Shown one piece after another: positions 1-13,642 of a stretch of DNA of 64,000 nt; the first letter of the stretch is position 1; every line of letters begins with the position of its first letter. Source of the stretch: Octopus vulgaris. Lineage: Eukaryota. Location of the stretch: contig OX597823.1 in NCBI GenBank assembly GCA_951406725.2, forward strand, positions 109,368,001 to 109,432,000. Direction: 5' to 3'. A model generated the notes under the pieces. That model saw only the letters and a program-made list of their open reading frames with translations, was not told the origin of the DNA and ran no database searches. The position numbers and the translations under genes were made by a program.

Positions 1-519
1 TATTTTTAAATAAAAAGAGAAAGCAATTAACTGTTTAACTAACAAGTTAAACAAGCAATCGATTACTTAGATGCATAGATATTTAACCAATTGCTTTATA
101 ATAAAGCAGTGGAATTGAAACGGTGCGTGTGTTATTGATATTAGCGTAATAACTGTCCCAAAACACAACAAAAAGCAAGATAAAGTTTATAAGAAAACAA
201 GATTTATCCTAGAACGACCACAAAATACTGCCTATCAAATCCCTGGACCTCAAGCACAAATTAAAAGTAAATATAAGAGAGTATGTGGAAATTTGGCGTG
301 AAAGTAATTAAAGATTTTTGAAAAATACATCTGATATGTAAAAAAGACATTGCCTCCTAAAGATAAAACTTTTTGATGAAATAGCAACAATAAAAACGCA
401 AGGAAGGATATTGCAGACTTTATGGAAGCACAACGGATCTCAAAATATTAGGAATATCGAAATCCAACACAAAGAAGGTATAAAAGAAATATGCATATAA
501 AGACAGATAATAAGATAAA

Positions 520-1020
520 GTCAATCCCGCAAATTTTTATGAAATTAATGAGGAAATTACTATCCTGACCAAAGAATGATGATTAAGTATAAAAGTGCAC
601 CTAATCAAAAAATGCCAGAAACAAGGGATCTTTCAGTAAATCGTAAGGAATGTGTAGGTGTAAAATGCGATATTATTTATTTGAAATAAGGAAACGGTTC
701 GTCTCCAATCCAAAATCATTTTATCAAATAAAAATAAAATAGATATCGATACATATCAACAATATGAGAAGTAAACTAAATCTGGAAATCAGTAAGAAGA
801 TCGAAGGAATGTCCCTGGAGGTGATTGCTCGATAAAATGTCCATAACATCTGAAGAATCATTGAAGAGCACAGCAACATGTCAAGTTGCTCAAACCTTAT
901 AAAAAGCAAAGAACTGGTAAAAATATTTAGCAGAAGATGTAGGACATTAGCAAAGATGTTCGATAAGAAAATAACTTGCTGGCGGCCAAAATATATATCC
1001 TCACGAATAAGGCAACAGCT
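520..1020 (+). mobile_element. Highly degraded non-LTR retrotransposon (R4/Dong-like, pre-RT region) relic
   Basis: A-rich coding-like sequence. ORF 878-1141 KITCWRPKYISSRIRQQL resembles the RT-entry motif YRPITCLxxxxKILTxxI seen in better-preserved form at 24560-24796. Many stops and frameshifts; boundaries approximate. Confidence 0.3.
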
Positions 1021-1036
1021 AACGTCAAATATATAC

Positions 1037-1454
1037 CCATTTCTTTACTACCCACAAGGGGCTAAACACAGGGAGGACAAACAAGGACAGTCACACGGAT
1101 TGAGTCGATTACATCGACCCAAATGCGTAATTGGTACTTAATATATCGACCCCGAAAGGATGAAAGGCAAAGTCGATCTCGGCGGAATTTGAACTCAGAA
1201 CGTAACTACAGACGAAATACCTGTTTCTTTACTACCCACAAGGGGCTAAGACAGAGAAGACAAACAAGGACAGATAAACGGATGATTAAATTGATTATAT
1301 CGACCCCAATGCGTAACTAGTACTTAATTTATCGACCCCGAAAGGATGAAAGGCAAAGTCGACCTCGGCGGAGTTTGAACTCAGAACATAACGGCAGACG
1401 AAATACCGCTAAGCATTTCGCCCGGCGTGCTAACGTTTCTGCCAGCTCGCCGCC
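1037..1454 (-). mobile_element. tRNA-derived SINE family A (Nin/Deu-like domain), dimeric copy
   Basis: Minus strand: head GGCGGCGAGCTGGCAGAAACGTTAG (A box), B box GAGTTCAAA, and GCCTTTCATCCTTTCGGGGTCGATA domain present twice. Many homologous copies in the window. Confidence 0.9.
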
Positions 1455-1734
1455 TTTATACGTCAAATATATACCAAGAACTAAAATATTGCAGCTATCT
1501 AAATCTTGAAATAGAGATAACCAGCATGTTAAAAAAATATGCATGCAAATATATATTCTAAAAACAAACATGGTTTACAAAACTTACACAATATAGAGAT
1601 AGCAGCATTATAAGAAATATACATATGCAAAACGAAAATACTTTGGTGTGCATATTCTGCAATTACTTTTCAGGTGAAAGCACGTATCAAAATAAGTTTG
1701 ATAAAAAATACAATCTTTCTATTAGTATTAATTC

Positions 1735-1868
1735 GGTCTGAGTTCAAATTCCTGCTAGGTCGATTTGCCTTTTCATCATTTCTGGGTCGATAAAAGAAGT
1801 ACTCGTTGAGCTCTGAGGTTGATTTAATTGTCTTTCCCTGGCCTTGTACTAAAATTTGAAATTATTTT
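1735..1868 (+). mobile_element. SINE family A fragment (degraded)
   Basis: CTGAGTTCAAATTCC..GGTCGATTTGCCTTTTCATC..GGGTCGATAAAAGAAGTAC and tail GGCCTTGTACTAAAATTTGAAA. Confidence 0.7.
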
Positions 1869-1999
1869 TAGTAAGATCTCAAATTTAGGAAGAAGACCAG
1901 CAGTTTAAAAAGGAAGTTATAAGCCTATACCATCTACCGTATTACTTTAGACACGAGACCATCAGAATTAAGATGGCGGATCAGCAGATAGCAATGACC

Positions 2000-2440
2000 T
2001 AGGTACTCGGCTGGTACTATAATATATCAAACCCGGAGGGAAGAAAACAAATCTGATCAGGGTAGGATTTGAAATCAGAGCGTTAAGCGCCGGAACAAAA
2101 ACATCAAACCATTTCGTATGACGCTCAAACAATTCTACCAATCTACGAATGTAGTTAGATAGATTGGTTGAATGTGACCCCTTAGCAATAGCAGCGACGG
2201 TGACCTAAAAAAAAAACCAATACCAATAATAGTGTTTGATTTAGACACAAGGACTTGATTTTCAGAAGGGGGGCTCGCTCAAGACCAATACTTTATTGAT
2301 ATTTCATTCTGTGTATCTGCGAATGGATAAAATTCAAAATTGCCTTCCAGCTGAAATCAGAACAAGGTCTTATACAGTCGGAAGTTATATAGTAAAACAT
2401 TAGTTCCGAAACACTAAAATTTCTGCTAGCTCACCGCTCT
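2000..2440 (-). mobile_element. Two old degraded SINE family A-like fragments (~2000-2142, ~2240-2438)
   Basis: Remnants such as GCTGGTACT, GATTTGAAATCAGAGCG and TTCTGCTAGCTCACCGC match family A. Confidence 0.5.
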
Positions 2441-2442
2441 GA

Positions 2443-2540
<98 letters not shown>
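2443..2540. repeat. (TAC)n-(TAA)n compound microsatellite
   Basis: Read directly from the sequence. Confidence 0.95.
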
Positions 2541-2541
<1 letters not shown>

Positions 2542-4174
2542 GCTACAAATGACAAACAGCTGGAAACGCTACTAAAGACAGTTCATGGATTCACCAAAGA
2601 AATAGATAAGAAATTTGGATTAGAAAAATGCGCCAAAGTAACCCTGAAAAGAGGAAAACTAGTTAAGAGTAGCAACATCACACTAGATAAAGCCAATGAA
2701 ATAAAAGAATTAAACCAAAGCCAAACTTACAAATACTTAGGAATCCATGAACTAGATAAGACACAACACACACAAATGAAAGAGAAAATAAAGAAAGAAT
2801 ACTATAGACGAGTTAGATCAATACTAAAAACAGAGCTTAATGATAAAAACAAGATTATAGGTATTAAACTTTAGCCGTCCCAGTTATAAGTTACAGCTAC
2901 AATATCCTTAACTGGACGCTAAATGAACTAACCAAAATAGATATGAAAACAAGAAAAATAATGACAGGATCTAGGATGCATCACCCACAATCTGACATAG
3001 AAAGACTATATATACAACGTATAGAAGGTGGTAGAGGCCTTATAAAGCTGGAAAACTACTATAAAATAACCACCATAGGACTGCAAAAATACCTACTTCA
3101 GAAGCAGGGAAAATTGATACAAATAGCGGCAAAACACGAGCAAAACAAAAAATTGTTCTAAGTATTTAAGGAAGCTGACAAATACAAACAAGAAATCATA
3201 CCACCTAACAAATATGAAGAAGAAGAAAAAGAAGAAGAAAACACAACAAAAGCTGTAAAGCAAATGAAATCAAAACTAAAACTAGAACAGCAAAGAACCA
3301 TGATAAAACGATGGCAAGAAAAGCCCCTTCATGGCAAGTACTGGACTAAATTAAATGCAAAAGAAATAGACAAAGAAAAATCCCAGCAGTGGTTGAGAAA
3401 CTCAGGACTCAGAGCAGAGACAGAGGGATTTTTAATTGCAGCACAAGACCAAAGCCTCCCCACCAGAAATTACCACAAATAAGTAATGAAAAGAAATATA
3501 ACAAGTAACTGCAGAATATGTGGAGATGGACAAGAAACAATAAATCATATTATCTCTGGCTGCCCAGTCCTGGCTAAGAAGGAATATATTCACAGACATG
3601 ACAGATTTGGGACCTACATACACTGGAAGCTATGCCAACATTATGGAATAACAACAGATAAAAGATGGTATAGGCACACACCAGAAAAGGTCACAGAAAA
3701 CGAGAAAGCAACCATACTCTGGGATATGCCAATACACACAGATAGAGAAATTAAGGCCAACAGACCAGATATAGTTGTCAGAGATCATGAAGAAACAAAA
3801 TGCTTTCTAATTGATGTATCAATACCAGCAGATGACAACATGTCTCTAAAAGAAATGGAGAAACTTTAAAAATACAAATACCTGGAAATAGAGGTAACTC
3901 GAATGTAGAATCTAAAAACAGAAACAAATCCTATCATAGTAGGTGCATTAGGCATGATAAAAAAATATTCAGACAAATACATAACAAAAACACCAGGACT
4001 TACAAACACATATAACATACAGAAAATTGCACTACTAGGCACTGCACACATCCTACGCAGAACACTTTCAATACAGTAACCATCAGAGCATCAGAACAAA
4101 TCACAGCACATACCCAAGGAACACAGAGCTGCGCTCGGTAGTGAAGTGAAAGCACGCTATAAAAAATAAAACTA

Positions 4175-4178
<4 letters not shown>
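2539..4178 (+). mobile_element. 5'-truncated R4/Dong-clade non-LTR retrotransposon (RT C-terminus, CCHC knuckle, restriction-like endonuclease), pseudogenised
   Basis: Translation begins YATNDKQLETLLKTVHGF..FGLEKCAK (just after the RT YxDD region), then YKYLG, WL..SGLRAETEGFLIAAQDQSL, CRICGDGQETINHIISGC, RHD, RPDIVV..LIDVSIP, PIIVGALG. Frameshift and several stops; short 3' UTR runs into (TAA)n. Confidence 0.92.
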
Positions 4179-4248
<70 letters not shown>

Positions 4249-4273
4249 TGATGATGATGATGATGATGATGAT
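4179..4273. repeat. (AAT)n-(GAT)n microsatellite
   Basis: Read directly from the sequence. Confidence 0.95.
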
Positions 4274-4727
4274 TAAATGCCCTGATGCAGTACCACTAAT
4301 ACCCTGATGCAGTACCAGGCAGTGGCTCTCATGGCTTCTGTTCTTAACTGATTGTAAGTGTTATCATGTACATTGTTTTGTCTTGGTATAAAAGATGGGC
4401 TACAGCAAATATTCTGCTCAATACCACAGATTTGCTTGTCAGTTGTTTGACCGTAACCAGTTGAGCATGTTCCTTAGTGACTGACGATATGTGCATCTCT
4501 GATCACGAGCAGAAGTAGTGGGGGGAGCATCATAGTCATGTGTTGAGAGGGATTCTTTGGGGTTTGGGTAATTCACCCTTGGAAACATGGGTGTTTCGTT
4601 CTTCATCCTTGAACAAACCATATTCAGGAACCTTTTGAGCGGGATGGGTTACTCGACCAGGTCTACACTTAGAGACTTACCCTCCACTCTTGCCCTTTTC
4701 ACAGTTTTCACCCACCTTTAATTAACT

Positions 4728-5033
<306 letters not shown>

Positions 5034-5034
5034 A

Positions 5035-5485
5035 TGTGATCAAATCCTAGCTATCTACGTAATTGGGAGTTTTGTAGAAGAGTAGGATTTGAACAGAATG
5101 ATAAATGGTACGAACATAAGCCCATGTAAGTACTAGAAAGTAAGAAATACAACATGTTCAGACAGACAGAGTAATAGAAGCTAGGAGGCCAGCTTTAGTA
5201 CTAGTGGACGAAGAGAATGGAAAGTGCCAGATAATTGACTTTACAGTCCCAAATGATGAGGAAGTCAATATAAGCGGTATAGTACTAGAACTTAGGCATT
5301 GAGTTTCAGAGGCTATGAAAATTTTGGGTAAAATGTATCCCTGTAGTTATAGGCGCATTAGGGACTGTCCGTAAAGATTTGAACGAATGGATAGAGGAAA
5401 TAGGCATAAAACCTAGTCTGGTACAGCTAAAAAAAAAAAAAACAGTGCTATTAGGAACCGGTAGAATAATTAGGAGAGTTCTTAT
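5035..5485 (+). mobile_element. Second R4/Dong-like RLE endonuclease 3' fragment (different subfamily)
   Basis: Broken translation WEFCRRVGFEQNDKWYEHKP..QTDRVIEARRP.LVLVD..CQIIDFTVP..CIPVVIGALG..KTVLLGTGRIIRRVL. Confidence 0.85.
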
Positions 5486-7029
5486 GAGGAATTTTTCTTT
5501 TCCAACAGTATAGTCCGCTGTGTGTACCTGGAATACTATTAAACTTGCATATAATTCTAAACAATATTAAGACACATATTCTCGAAAGCACATTTTCTAA
5601 AACAAAACTTCTTACAGACCCAGGGTATACAATTTTAATAAATCCCTCTCATCTAACCATATTCTTCTGCCAAAATAAGGCAGTTAAACGTCCTAGTTAT
5701 AATGCTCACATTTACTTAAAACTTGCTGTCACTTGAGTTCTCGGGGTAAAACTTAGACTCAGCTTCTGCATTTACAAAGCAAATTCAAACAACAATAATA
5801 ATATCAACAACAAAAACAACAATTACAGATGCTATGCACATTATACAAGTCACGATAACGTTCAAAGTGAAAAATTCTAGTAAGGGCTATCAAGAAATAT
5901 TAGATTACTAAAATTATTCTTATTTCCCATGTAAAAAGCACATCCCAGTTTTGTTCTCTCTTCTTCAATCACATGCTAAGAGTATGACCATTCACCCAGG
6001 TATCTTTAAATTAAACTTGAAACAATCAATCAAAGGTTAGTTGAAGAGAGAAATGTCTGTTCTTAGTGCTTTCAGTTTTGGTTCACCAAAGAACCATTTT
6101 TGTCATAGTTATTGGAGAGAGGAAACCGCCTGCTTTTCCGGTTAAAGGAAAATAGTAGGATGATCATCAGGAAAGTCTCGACCGAAAACCGAATTCGTCC
6201 TACACTCGACAAAAGAATTTCGACGAAATTCCACATACCTGCAAATTTCGAACTCGGAACGAATGCGTTGTTCTTTGCACATCTTGCACAGACCCCACCC
6301 ATGCTGCTTCAATGCCTGTATATTTTGTCAAGAATCGGTGGTGAGCTCCGATTGCACACACAATTCCGTTAGTATTCGAAGGCCAGGTACTTTTTTGCTT
6401 TAAAATTTCACCATCCACTCGTCTTTTGTCGTCGGCCAAATTATCTCGAGTAAGTCGTTACATTTCTCTGCTGACAGAAATCTATTGAGAGATAACCTGA
6501 GCTTCTCACAGGTCGCATTACCAAAATTGTAAAGAAGTGTGTCACCTGACGACATTCAACATACTAGGCGTCCGGTCATGCGTTTCGCCTCACGCAGAAC
6601 TACAGCCGTTTCGACATAAGCGTTGCTGCCATTGTCATTACGAACATCATGCTCACAACCAGCATAATAATAACATGATAATCATCATCGTCATCGTTAT
6701 TTTAGTCGTCGTTCTCATCATTATCGTTATCATGTCATCGTCATTATTATTCCTTTTATCATTGCAGAAATATTATCTTTTGTAGTTAGAGCGGAATTGG
6801 TGGCAGAGGTAGCGTTATAAGTATGTTGTTGTTATTGTTGTTGTTGGTGGTGGTGTTCTTTTTATTTATTGTTGTTTTTGACGTTACGCTTAATAGATTT
6901 AAAGGAAGGGTTAGGAAAGCAATTTAAAATGTCATGAAGTGAAATATAATGATAAAAAAATATATATAAAAAAAACTAATTTATTTATTTATTTAGCTGA
7001 AATAACTGATGAAAATCAAAATAGAAAGT

Positions 7030-7060
<31 letters not shown>

Positions 7061-7765
7061 GCTGAATATTAGTTAAGGAGTAAGTGCGAAGAGTAAAGGA
7101 GAGAACTCTTTCCACAGTTTGCATATCCGATATATATATATATATATATATATATCGAAACAGAGAGAGGGGAGGGAGAGATAGATAGATATACATCTAC
7201 ACAAATACATATATGTATATATATATATATACACACATATATATATATATATATATACATATATATGTATACGTATGTATGAATGTATGTATGTATATGT
7301 ATATGTATATAGCAGGGAAGAGAATTAAATGTGCAAGATCATTTCATTTGAAATTATTGATCTTATCAAGATTTCACATAAATTTTCCAATTTTCGTCTT
7401 TATTGTTAAACAACATCAACAACTATTCATCCTCTTTACTTTCAACCCCTCTCTCCCTCTCACATCATCTTCTTCACTTCCTCTCTGTTTTCACCCCATC
7501 ATCTCTTTCTCACTTTCATATCAATCATCTCATTTTCCTTCTCAGTCCTCTCCATTTCTCTTTTACACTTTAAAGTTTATTATCTTGAGTTGCCTTTCTC
7601 TTTCATTTCAGCCTCCCGTTCTCTCTCATTATTTTCCTCTTTTCCCTCTGCATCATTATCATTGCTTACATTCCATTTTCCTTTCTATTTCTCTCTCTCT
7701 CTTCCTACTCTCTCTCTCTGTCTTTCTCTTTCCCTTTATTTCCCTTTATAGCTCTCAGTATTTGG

Positions 7766-7801
<36 letters not shown>

Positions 7802-8150
7802 CCATTCCCCACCTTCATTGTTATTCCATTCCCTTTCGTCGTATTCCCTCTATGTGTAAAGCCCCTTTTCTTTCTCATGATTTTAACCTCCGATCCTCTC
7901 ATTCTCCTTCTGCCTCGTTCACCTCTTTCCACTCCCTACCTACTCCACGATCTCAGTCCCCGCCATCTCTCTCACCGAATATACTACATCTTCCTTATAC
8001 AGATCTCTCTATCCCACTCTCTCTTTCTCACTCTCACTTTCTCTCTCTCATTTTCTCTCTCTCACTCTCCATTCTGTCACAAACATTATCTCCTCTTTCG
8101 TTCATTCCCGTACTTCGTCTAGTAACTATCTGAATCTCATATCATTTCTT

Positions 8151-8253
<103 letters not shown>

Positions 8254-9020
8254 GTCTGTTTGTCTGTCTGTCTCTCTGTCTGTCTAACTATCTATCCATC
8301 TACCTACCTATCTACCAATCTGTCAGTCTGCCTATGTATGTATCTATCTCAATATCTATTTTTCTAGACAGCTATCAATTTATCTACCTACTTACTTATC
8401 TACTTTTCTATCTAACTCTATATATCTGCCTATCTAAATACCCAGCTATCTAGCTATCTATTTAAATATCTATTTTAATCTTACAATTTTCAGAACAACT
8501 CCTCTCAACCGTTCCATCTCTATACTTTTCCTTCTCTTTCCCTCTGTAAATAGCACTCTCTTTGACTCGCTCTTTCCTGTAACATCTCTATCTCTCTTCT
8601 CCAGGCCGCTCGCTCCGGCAACTACTTCTCCCTCCAACGTATACTTTGCTTTAAGTAAAATTTACAAAGTATTGAAAACAAAACAAAACTGAACAAATAA
8701 ATACAACAACAAAAGCAAGAAAAACAAAGTAACATCATCATCAACAACAACAACAACAACAACAACAACAGCAACTACTACTACCATCACGAAAACAACA
8801 GCATTGAAAACAATAAAACATTTCAATATATATATAAATAAATATGCAGAAATAAAATTGTGTTTGAGGTTTGGGGCTTCACTGTTCCTTTGTATTTTTT
8901 AAAACTGTATTTTACTTGTTTTCGCATTTTTACTCTAATTCTGTTACGTATATGTATGCCTCTCTCTGTATATGTATGTATGCATTTCTATATATGTATA
9001 TATATATGTATATATATATG

Positions 9021-9154
<134 letters not shown>

Positions 9155-9315
9155 AATGTTTAAATATTCGTTTGTTTTTGTTTGTTTTATCTGTGCTGTG
9201 TGTATTGGAAATGAAAAGATTGGTTCTGTTTTCTTGATTCTATGATTCTATCACTAAATAAATCAGAATATAAAGAAATGATGGTGATGATGATGTTGAT
9301 GATGATCACCATCAA

Positions 9316-9361
9316 AATAATAATGATAATAATAATAAAAATAATAAAAATAATAATAATG

Positions 9362-9423
<62 letters not shown>

Positions 9424-9551
9424 GAAAACCGAACAATAATATTCATTATCAAATATATCTCACGACAAAACAACATCCACAACAACAATAATACCACCCA
9501 CACTTACTTTTAATAATAACTGTAGTAGTATTAGCAAGAGTATTAGAGATG

Positions 9552-9636
<85 letters not shown>

Positions 9637-9647
9637 TAATAATAATA
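9316..9647. repeat. Two (AAT)n arrays
   Basis: Read directly from the sequence. Confidence 0.9.
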
Positions 9648-10128
9648 AAAACAATAGCAACAAAATTGACAACAACTGTAAAAACATCAATAACAACAAA
9701 TCAAAATAAAAAGAATAATATAAAAACGAATGTATATTTATCACATATCAAATACAAAGTGGATATGAAAAGCTCCTGTGTGATAACCGTTATATATTGG
9801 TAAATAGCACAAAAGATAGCAATGCAGAGTAAATTGAGTGGAAATTTTAAAAATATAAAATAAGCAAAGAATATCAAAACCAACAACCAAAATTACTCAA
9901 CCCACCCCCTCTTCTTAAAAAAATAAAATGAAATGTAGTGAAGTGAAATAATAAAAAAAAAATAATGATAATATTAATAATAACTACATTGAATAAAACA
10001 TACATCAATAAATAATAAGTAATAGTATAGAAAAAAAAATATATCGAAGAAGCGATGATTATGACGATGAAACAAAAAAAAATAGAATAACGGAGATGAT
10101 GTCGATGACGTGAATAATGCTGACGAAC

Positions 10129-10220
10129 ATGATGACGATGATGATGATGATGATGATGATGACGATGATGATGACGACGACGACGACGACGATGATGATG
10201 ATGATGATGATGATGATGAC

Positions 10221-10252
<32 letters not shown>

Positions 10253-10293
10253 CGATGATGATGGTGATGACGGGGATGATGATGTTGATGATG
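10129..10293. repeat. (GAT/GAC)n microsatellite
   Basis: Read directly; source of the poly-Asp ORF. Confidence 0.95.
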
Positions 10294-10874
10294 AAATAAT
10301 ATTCTGTATTTAATTGCTGTAATTATTCTTGTTTTTCTCCTTGCGCTTTTATCGCAGTAGTAGTTGCTTGTCTTAATTTATTATATTTCAACAATAAATG
10401 TTATCCATTAGTGGATTTACAACATTTGTATTTCAAAGAATATTATAAACCCTCAAAAGAAATCACCGCATACACAATGCTCAAAGCCAAACCATACACA
10501 CATGTATATCACTATAAACTGCTGCGTACCACATATGCAGAGACTATGACCTTGTATATAATTACATGCATGTTCGTATAACGCGTATATATGTGAATTA
10601 TTCCCATATGGAAGGAGATGTTTAATGACAAGAAGTCAGAGATTCATGGCTGGAATTTAGATAACCACCATCGATAAGTGTTACATGTTGATATCTAGAA
10701 AAGTCTTGCATATCTTTATTGTTCCATTTAAATCGTGTATCTGTAAAGTCAGGTTAAACGGTCTCATTCATTGCCAGAAAAATGACCTTTCAGATTGTCC
10801 CTTACCTATTTACTAACTTAACCAAGTATACCAGTGATTATTAGTATAAACAGGAATTCAAAATCAGGGCAAAA

Positions 10875-11106
10875 GGCGGCGAGCTGGCAGAGTCGTTAGC
10901 ACGCCGGGCGAAATGCTTAGCAGTATTTCGTCTACCGTTACGTTCTGAGTTCAAATTCTGCCGAGGTCGACTTTGCCTTTCATCCTTTCGGGGTCGATAA
11001 ATAAAGTACCAGTTACGCACTGGACTCGATGTAATCGACTTAATCCTTTTGTCTGTCCTTGTTCGTTCCCTCTGTGTTTAGCCCCTTGTGGGTAGTAACG
11101 AAATAG
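10875..11106 (+). mobile_element. SINE family A, monomeric near-complete copy
   Basis: GGCGGCGAGCTGGCAGAGTCGTTAG..GAGTTCAAATTC..GCCTTTCATCCTTTCGGGGTCGATAAA..CCCCTTGTGGGTAGTAACGAAATAG. Confidence 0.9.
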
Positions 11107-12112
11107 AGTAGAAGCGTAGCAAGTTTTGAACCCTCTACTCGTAAATATCTTGTTTCCTTCTGATTTTGGATTCGATATTCACATCTTCAGGACACTTAAT
11201 CCTTCCCTGCCAAAAATTTTCATAAAATATTTATGCACACCTGAAAATTATGAAAAGTATGTTATGCTTGCATTTTGGAAGGATTTTTTTTTTTATGGAG
11301 ATGTTCGTGTGATATGCATGCAATGAATGACAATGATGTTTAAATATATCTTAGGCCGTTTTTGCTGACAATGTCATTGTATATCACTTTAGCATGTCAC
11401 AGTGAAATGCAAGACCTTGATAGTATATTCAGGAAGCTGCTGACTTCTTGTCTTTTGTTCTCCACAGAAGACTGACATAATCAGCGTTTGTGGTTACAAC
11501 GTTGGATTTTCAACGCTTCGTTGTCTTGATTGCTTATCGGATATTTTGCAACTATCTTTGCTTTTGGCCAGTAAAAGCGTGATATTCGGATTATGACGTG
11601 TTATAACGACCCCTGTTCAAGAGACACAGTAGTCCATATTAATATTTTTTAGAAAAAATATGCCCGTTCGGATAAAAATCGGATATGTTGGGGACAGTCT
11701 TTGCTTACCCCTGGTATATAAACATAGGAGGTTCACAATAGATGTTATCTTAGACGAACACTGCGGTAACTTAGCTGTCAATGATGCATTTACACTAAGT
11801 ATGATACATAGATTGCTATCTTAATTTTAAACTGCTTCAATTACGCATACCAGATAATATTCAGCCGCGTCACTATTTGCGGTACCAATGAATATTTTAT
11901 TCCGTTTCCTATACCGGGGAATACACATCGTGATATGTCATTGCGAAAACCCAACTTGATTGAAAGGCATCTAGCGTTCTCACCAGCCACACCTGGGATG
12001 ATGTTTACCTTATACCGTTATATATATTGCTTTTAAACACAGTATGTCCATAATTGATCTTATCTAGAACGAATACCGCTATACCTTTCCTATCAATATG
12101 TATGTATGTATG

Positions 12113-12177
<65 letters not shown>

Positions 12178-12179
<2 letters not shown>

Positions 12180-12386
12180 TTAATCCAAACATGAAAACAC
12201 AAAGAGAAAACACAACAACGCGAGGTCCTGGAACAAGTATAGTGTTATTGGACGCTCAGGAAAGGAAAGAAAAAGGAGGATTTTAACGTTTCGGGCGGAG
12301 CTCTTCGTCAGAAACATAGGAAAAGAAAGATCCACAGAAGGGAAGACGGAGGAAAAAAAATCGCGAACGATACACACGCGGTCATG
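12178..12386 (-). mobile_element. Short Penelope-like pLTR-type element carrying a minimal hammerhead, next to (TA)n(TG)n
   Basis: Contains the HHR core listed next. Layout (ACGCTCAGGAA..ACGTTTCG) shared with elements at 25288, 44365 and 48610. Confidence 0.6.
12281..12314 (-). ncRNA. Minimal type I hammerhead ribozyme motif
   Basis: Minus strand UUU-CUGACGA-A-GAGC-UCC-GCCC-GAAA-CGU-UA-AAA: intact CUGANGA and GAAA, stem II with one A.C mismatch, palindromic AACGUU stem III, 3-bp stem I. Confidence 0.7.
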
Positions 12387-12814
12387 CATATTAAGTATGA
12401 TATATAGATGACTAATTTTGATTTAATATTATTTGAATTGCACTTACCTGGTATATTTCTAGTTTCTGCACCAAACAGGTACACAAAGATATTTCGGAGA
12501 CATGAAGAGAAGAAACCACGCTTTATATGTGCTTCTGTACTGTAAGTAAATCAATATTCATTTGAAGGCCAGGAGCTGATGTCAGAAAATCACGTTCTTG
12601 GAAGGTATTTTGTTGGATCAGATGAGGTCTAATAAGGTATGCTTTCTGAAAAAAGCACCGTAAGTGATTTTATTGTTATGACATGGGACTAGGCACTTAT
12701 GTCTTTTATTTTTTGAACTCATCTTAAGGCTTAAATAATTCAAGACAATTGTCATATCGTGACAATAACTCTTGTTGCTATCACAATTGTTTTGTGTGCT
12801 TGTTGCTGTTTTAG

Positions 12815-13015
12815 CGATGTTGTTGTTATCAAATCCGATTGAGAAAGCCTTTGATCAAATTATTCTCTTTGTGGCCATCTCATCATTTTTTTGAGAAAAA
12901 GTCCACCTGCTATCCCGTCATCAAATATGCTCTTCTCTTAACAAATGTAAGGTGGGATTTCTGAAATGTTCGACTGTTATTTCTCGCAAGTTAAATGAGA
13001 ACACAGAGGGTTCTC
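12815..13015 (+). mobile_element. Old unclassified interspersed repeat; related copies at ~22220-22425 (+) and ~48150-48360 (-)
   Basis: By-eye similarity between copies (TGATCAAA..GTGGCCATC; CTGTTATTTCT..CACAGAGGGTTCTC vs GAAGCCTCCACGTGGTTG..AGAAATA). Confidence 0.4.
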
Positions 13016-13247
13016 ATTGACTCAACAATGAATACACGAAGAGAATATAGGATTCAACGATGATCGGAAAGCGTTTTTTGTGAAACAGGCTTTTAGTACA
13101 TATAAATACATGCGTGTGCTGTGTGTAAGTGTTTGTGTAAGTGTGCGTGTGTAGTTTGTGCATGTGTGTGTGTGTGAGAGAGAGATAGAGCGTGCCTGCT
13201 TGTATGTGAGTAATTGTGTGTGTGTGAATGTGCACGCTATTTCTTAA

Positions 13248-13642
13248 TCTCTATATATATAAAGCGGAAGTTGTCTGTGTATGGCAGGTTTGGTAGCCTT
13301 TAACTAACAGTATCTCCTCCGAGACTTTGTGGCGCAAGTTGACCAAAAGAGTATGATAGAAGAAAAGCTTGCTCTTCCTTCCGTAGAAGAAAAAATTCAA
13401 ATCGGACCATGTTAACACCAACAATTATTTACATCAAAAAGATGTTTTTTTTCTATGAAAATCCCTATTTTTAACGATTTTTTGACTGCTGTGTCGTCAT
13501 TTTTCGGCGTATTTCAACCAGAAAAATGTTCACTTAAAGAGAATAACAAGTTACATAATACAAAATTTTTACTTTTCAAAAATTCCAATTCTAAATGCTG
13601 GAAAAGGAAACAAGCCCGATCAACGCTGGGCTATACTACTAG
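13248..13642 (+). mobile_element. Non-autonomous Helitron (~395 bp)
   Basis: 5' TC (A|TCTCTATATATATAAAG), subterminal hairpin AGCCC-GATCAACGCT-GGGCT, 3' CTAG|T. Inserted between A and T with no TSD. Confidence 0.85.

Noticed and set aside
1970-1980. YY1-like AAGATGGCGG
   Set aside because: Short motif among decayed SINE fragments with no promoter context.
7213-8133. 306-aa ORF, the longest in the track
   Set aside because: Translation of (TA)n and CT-rich low-complexity DNA; no domain.
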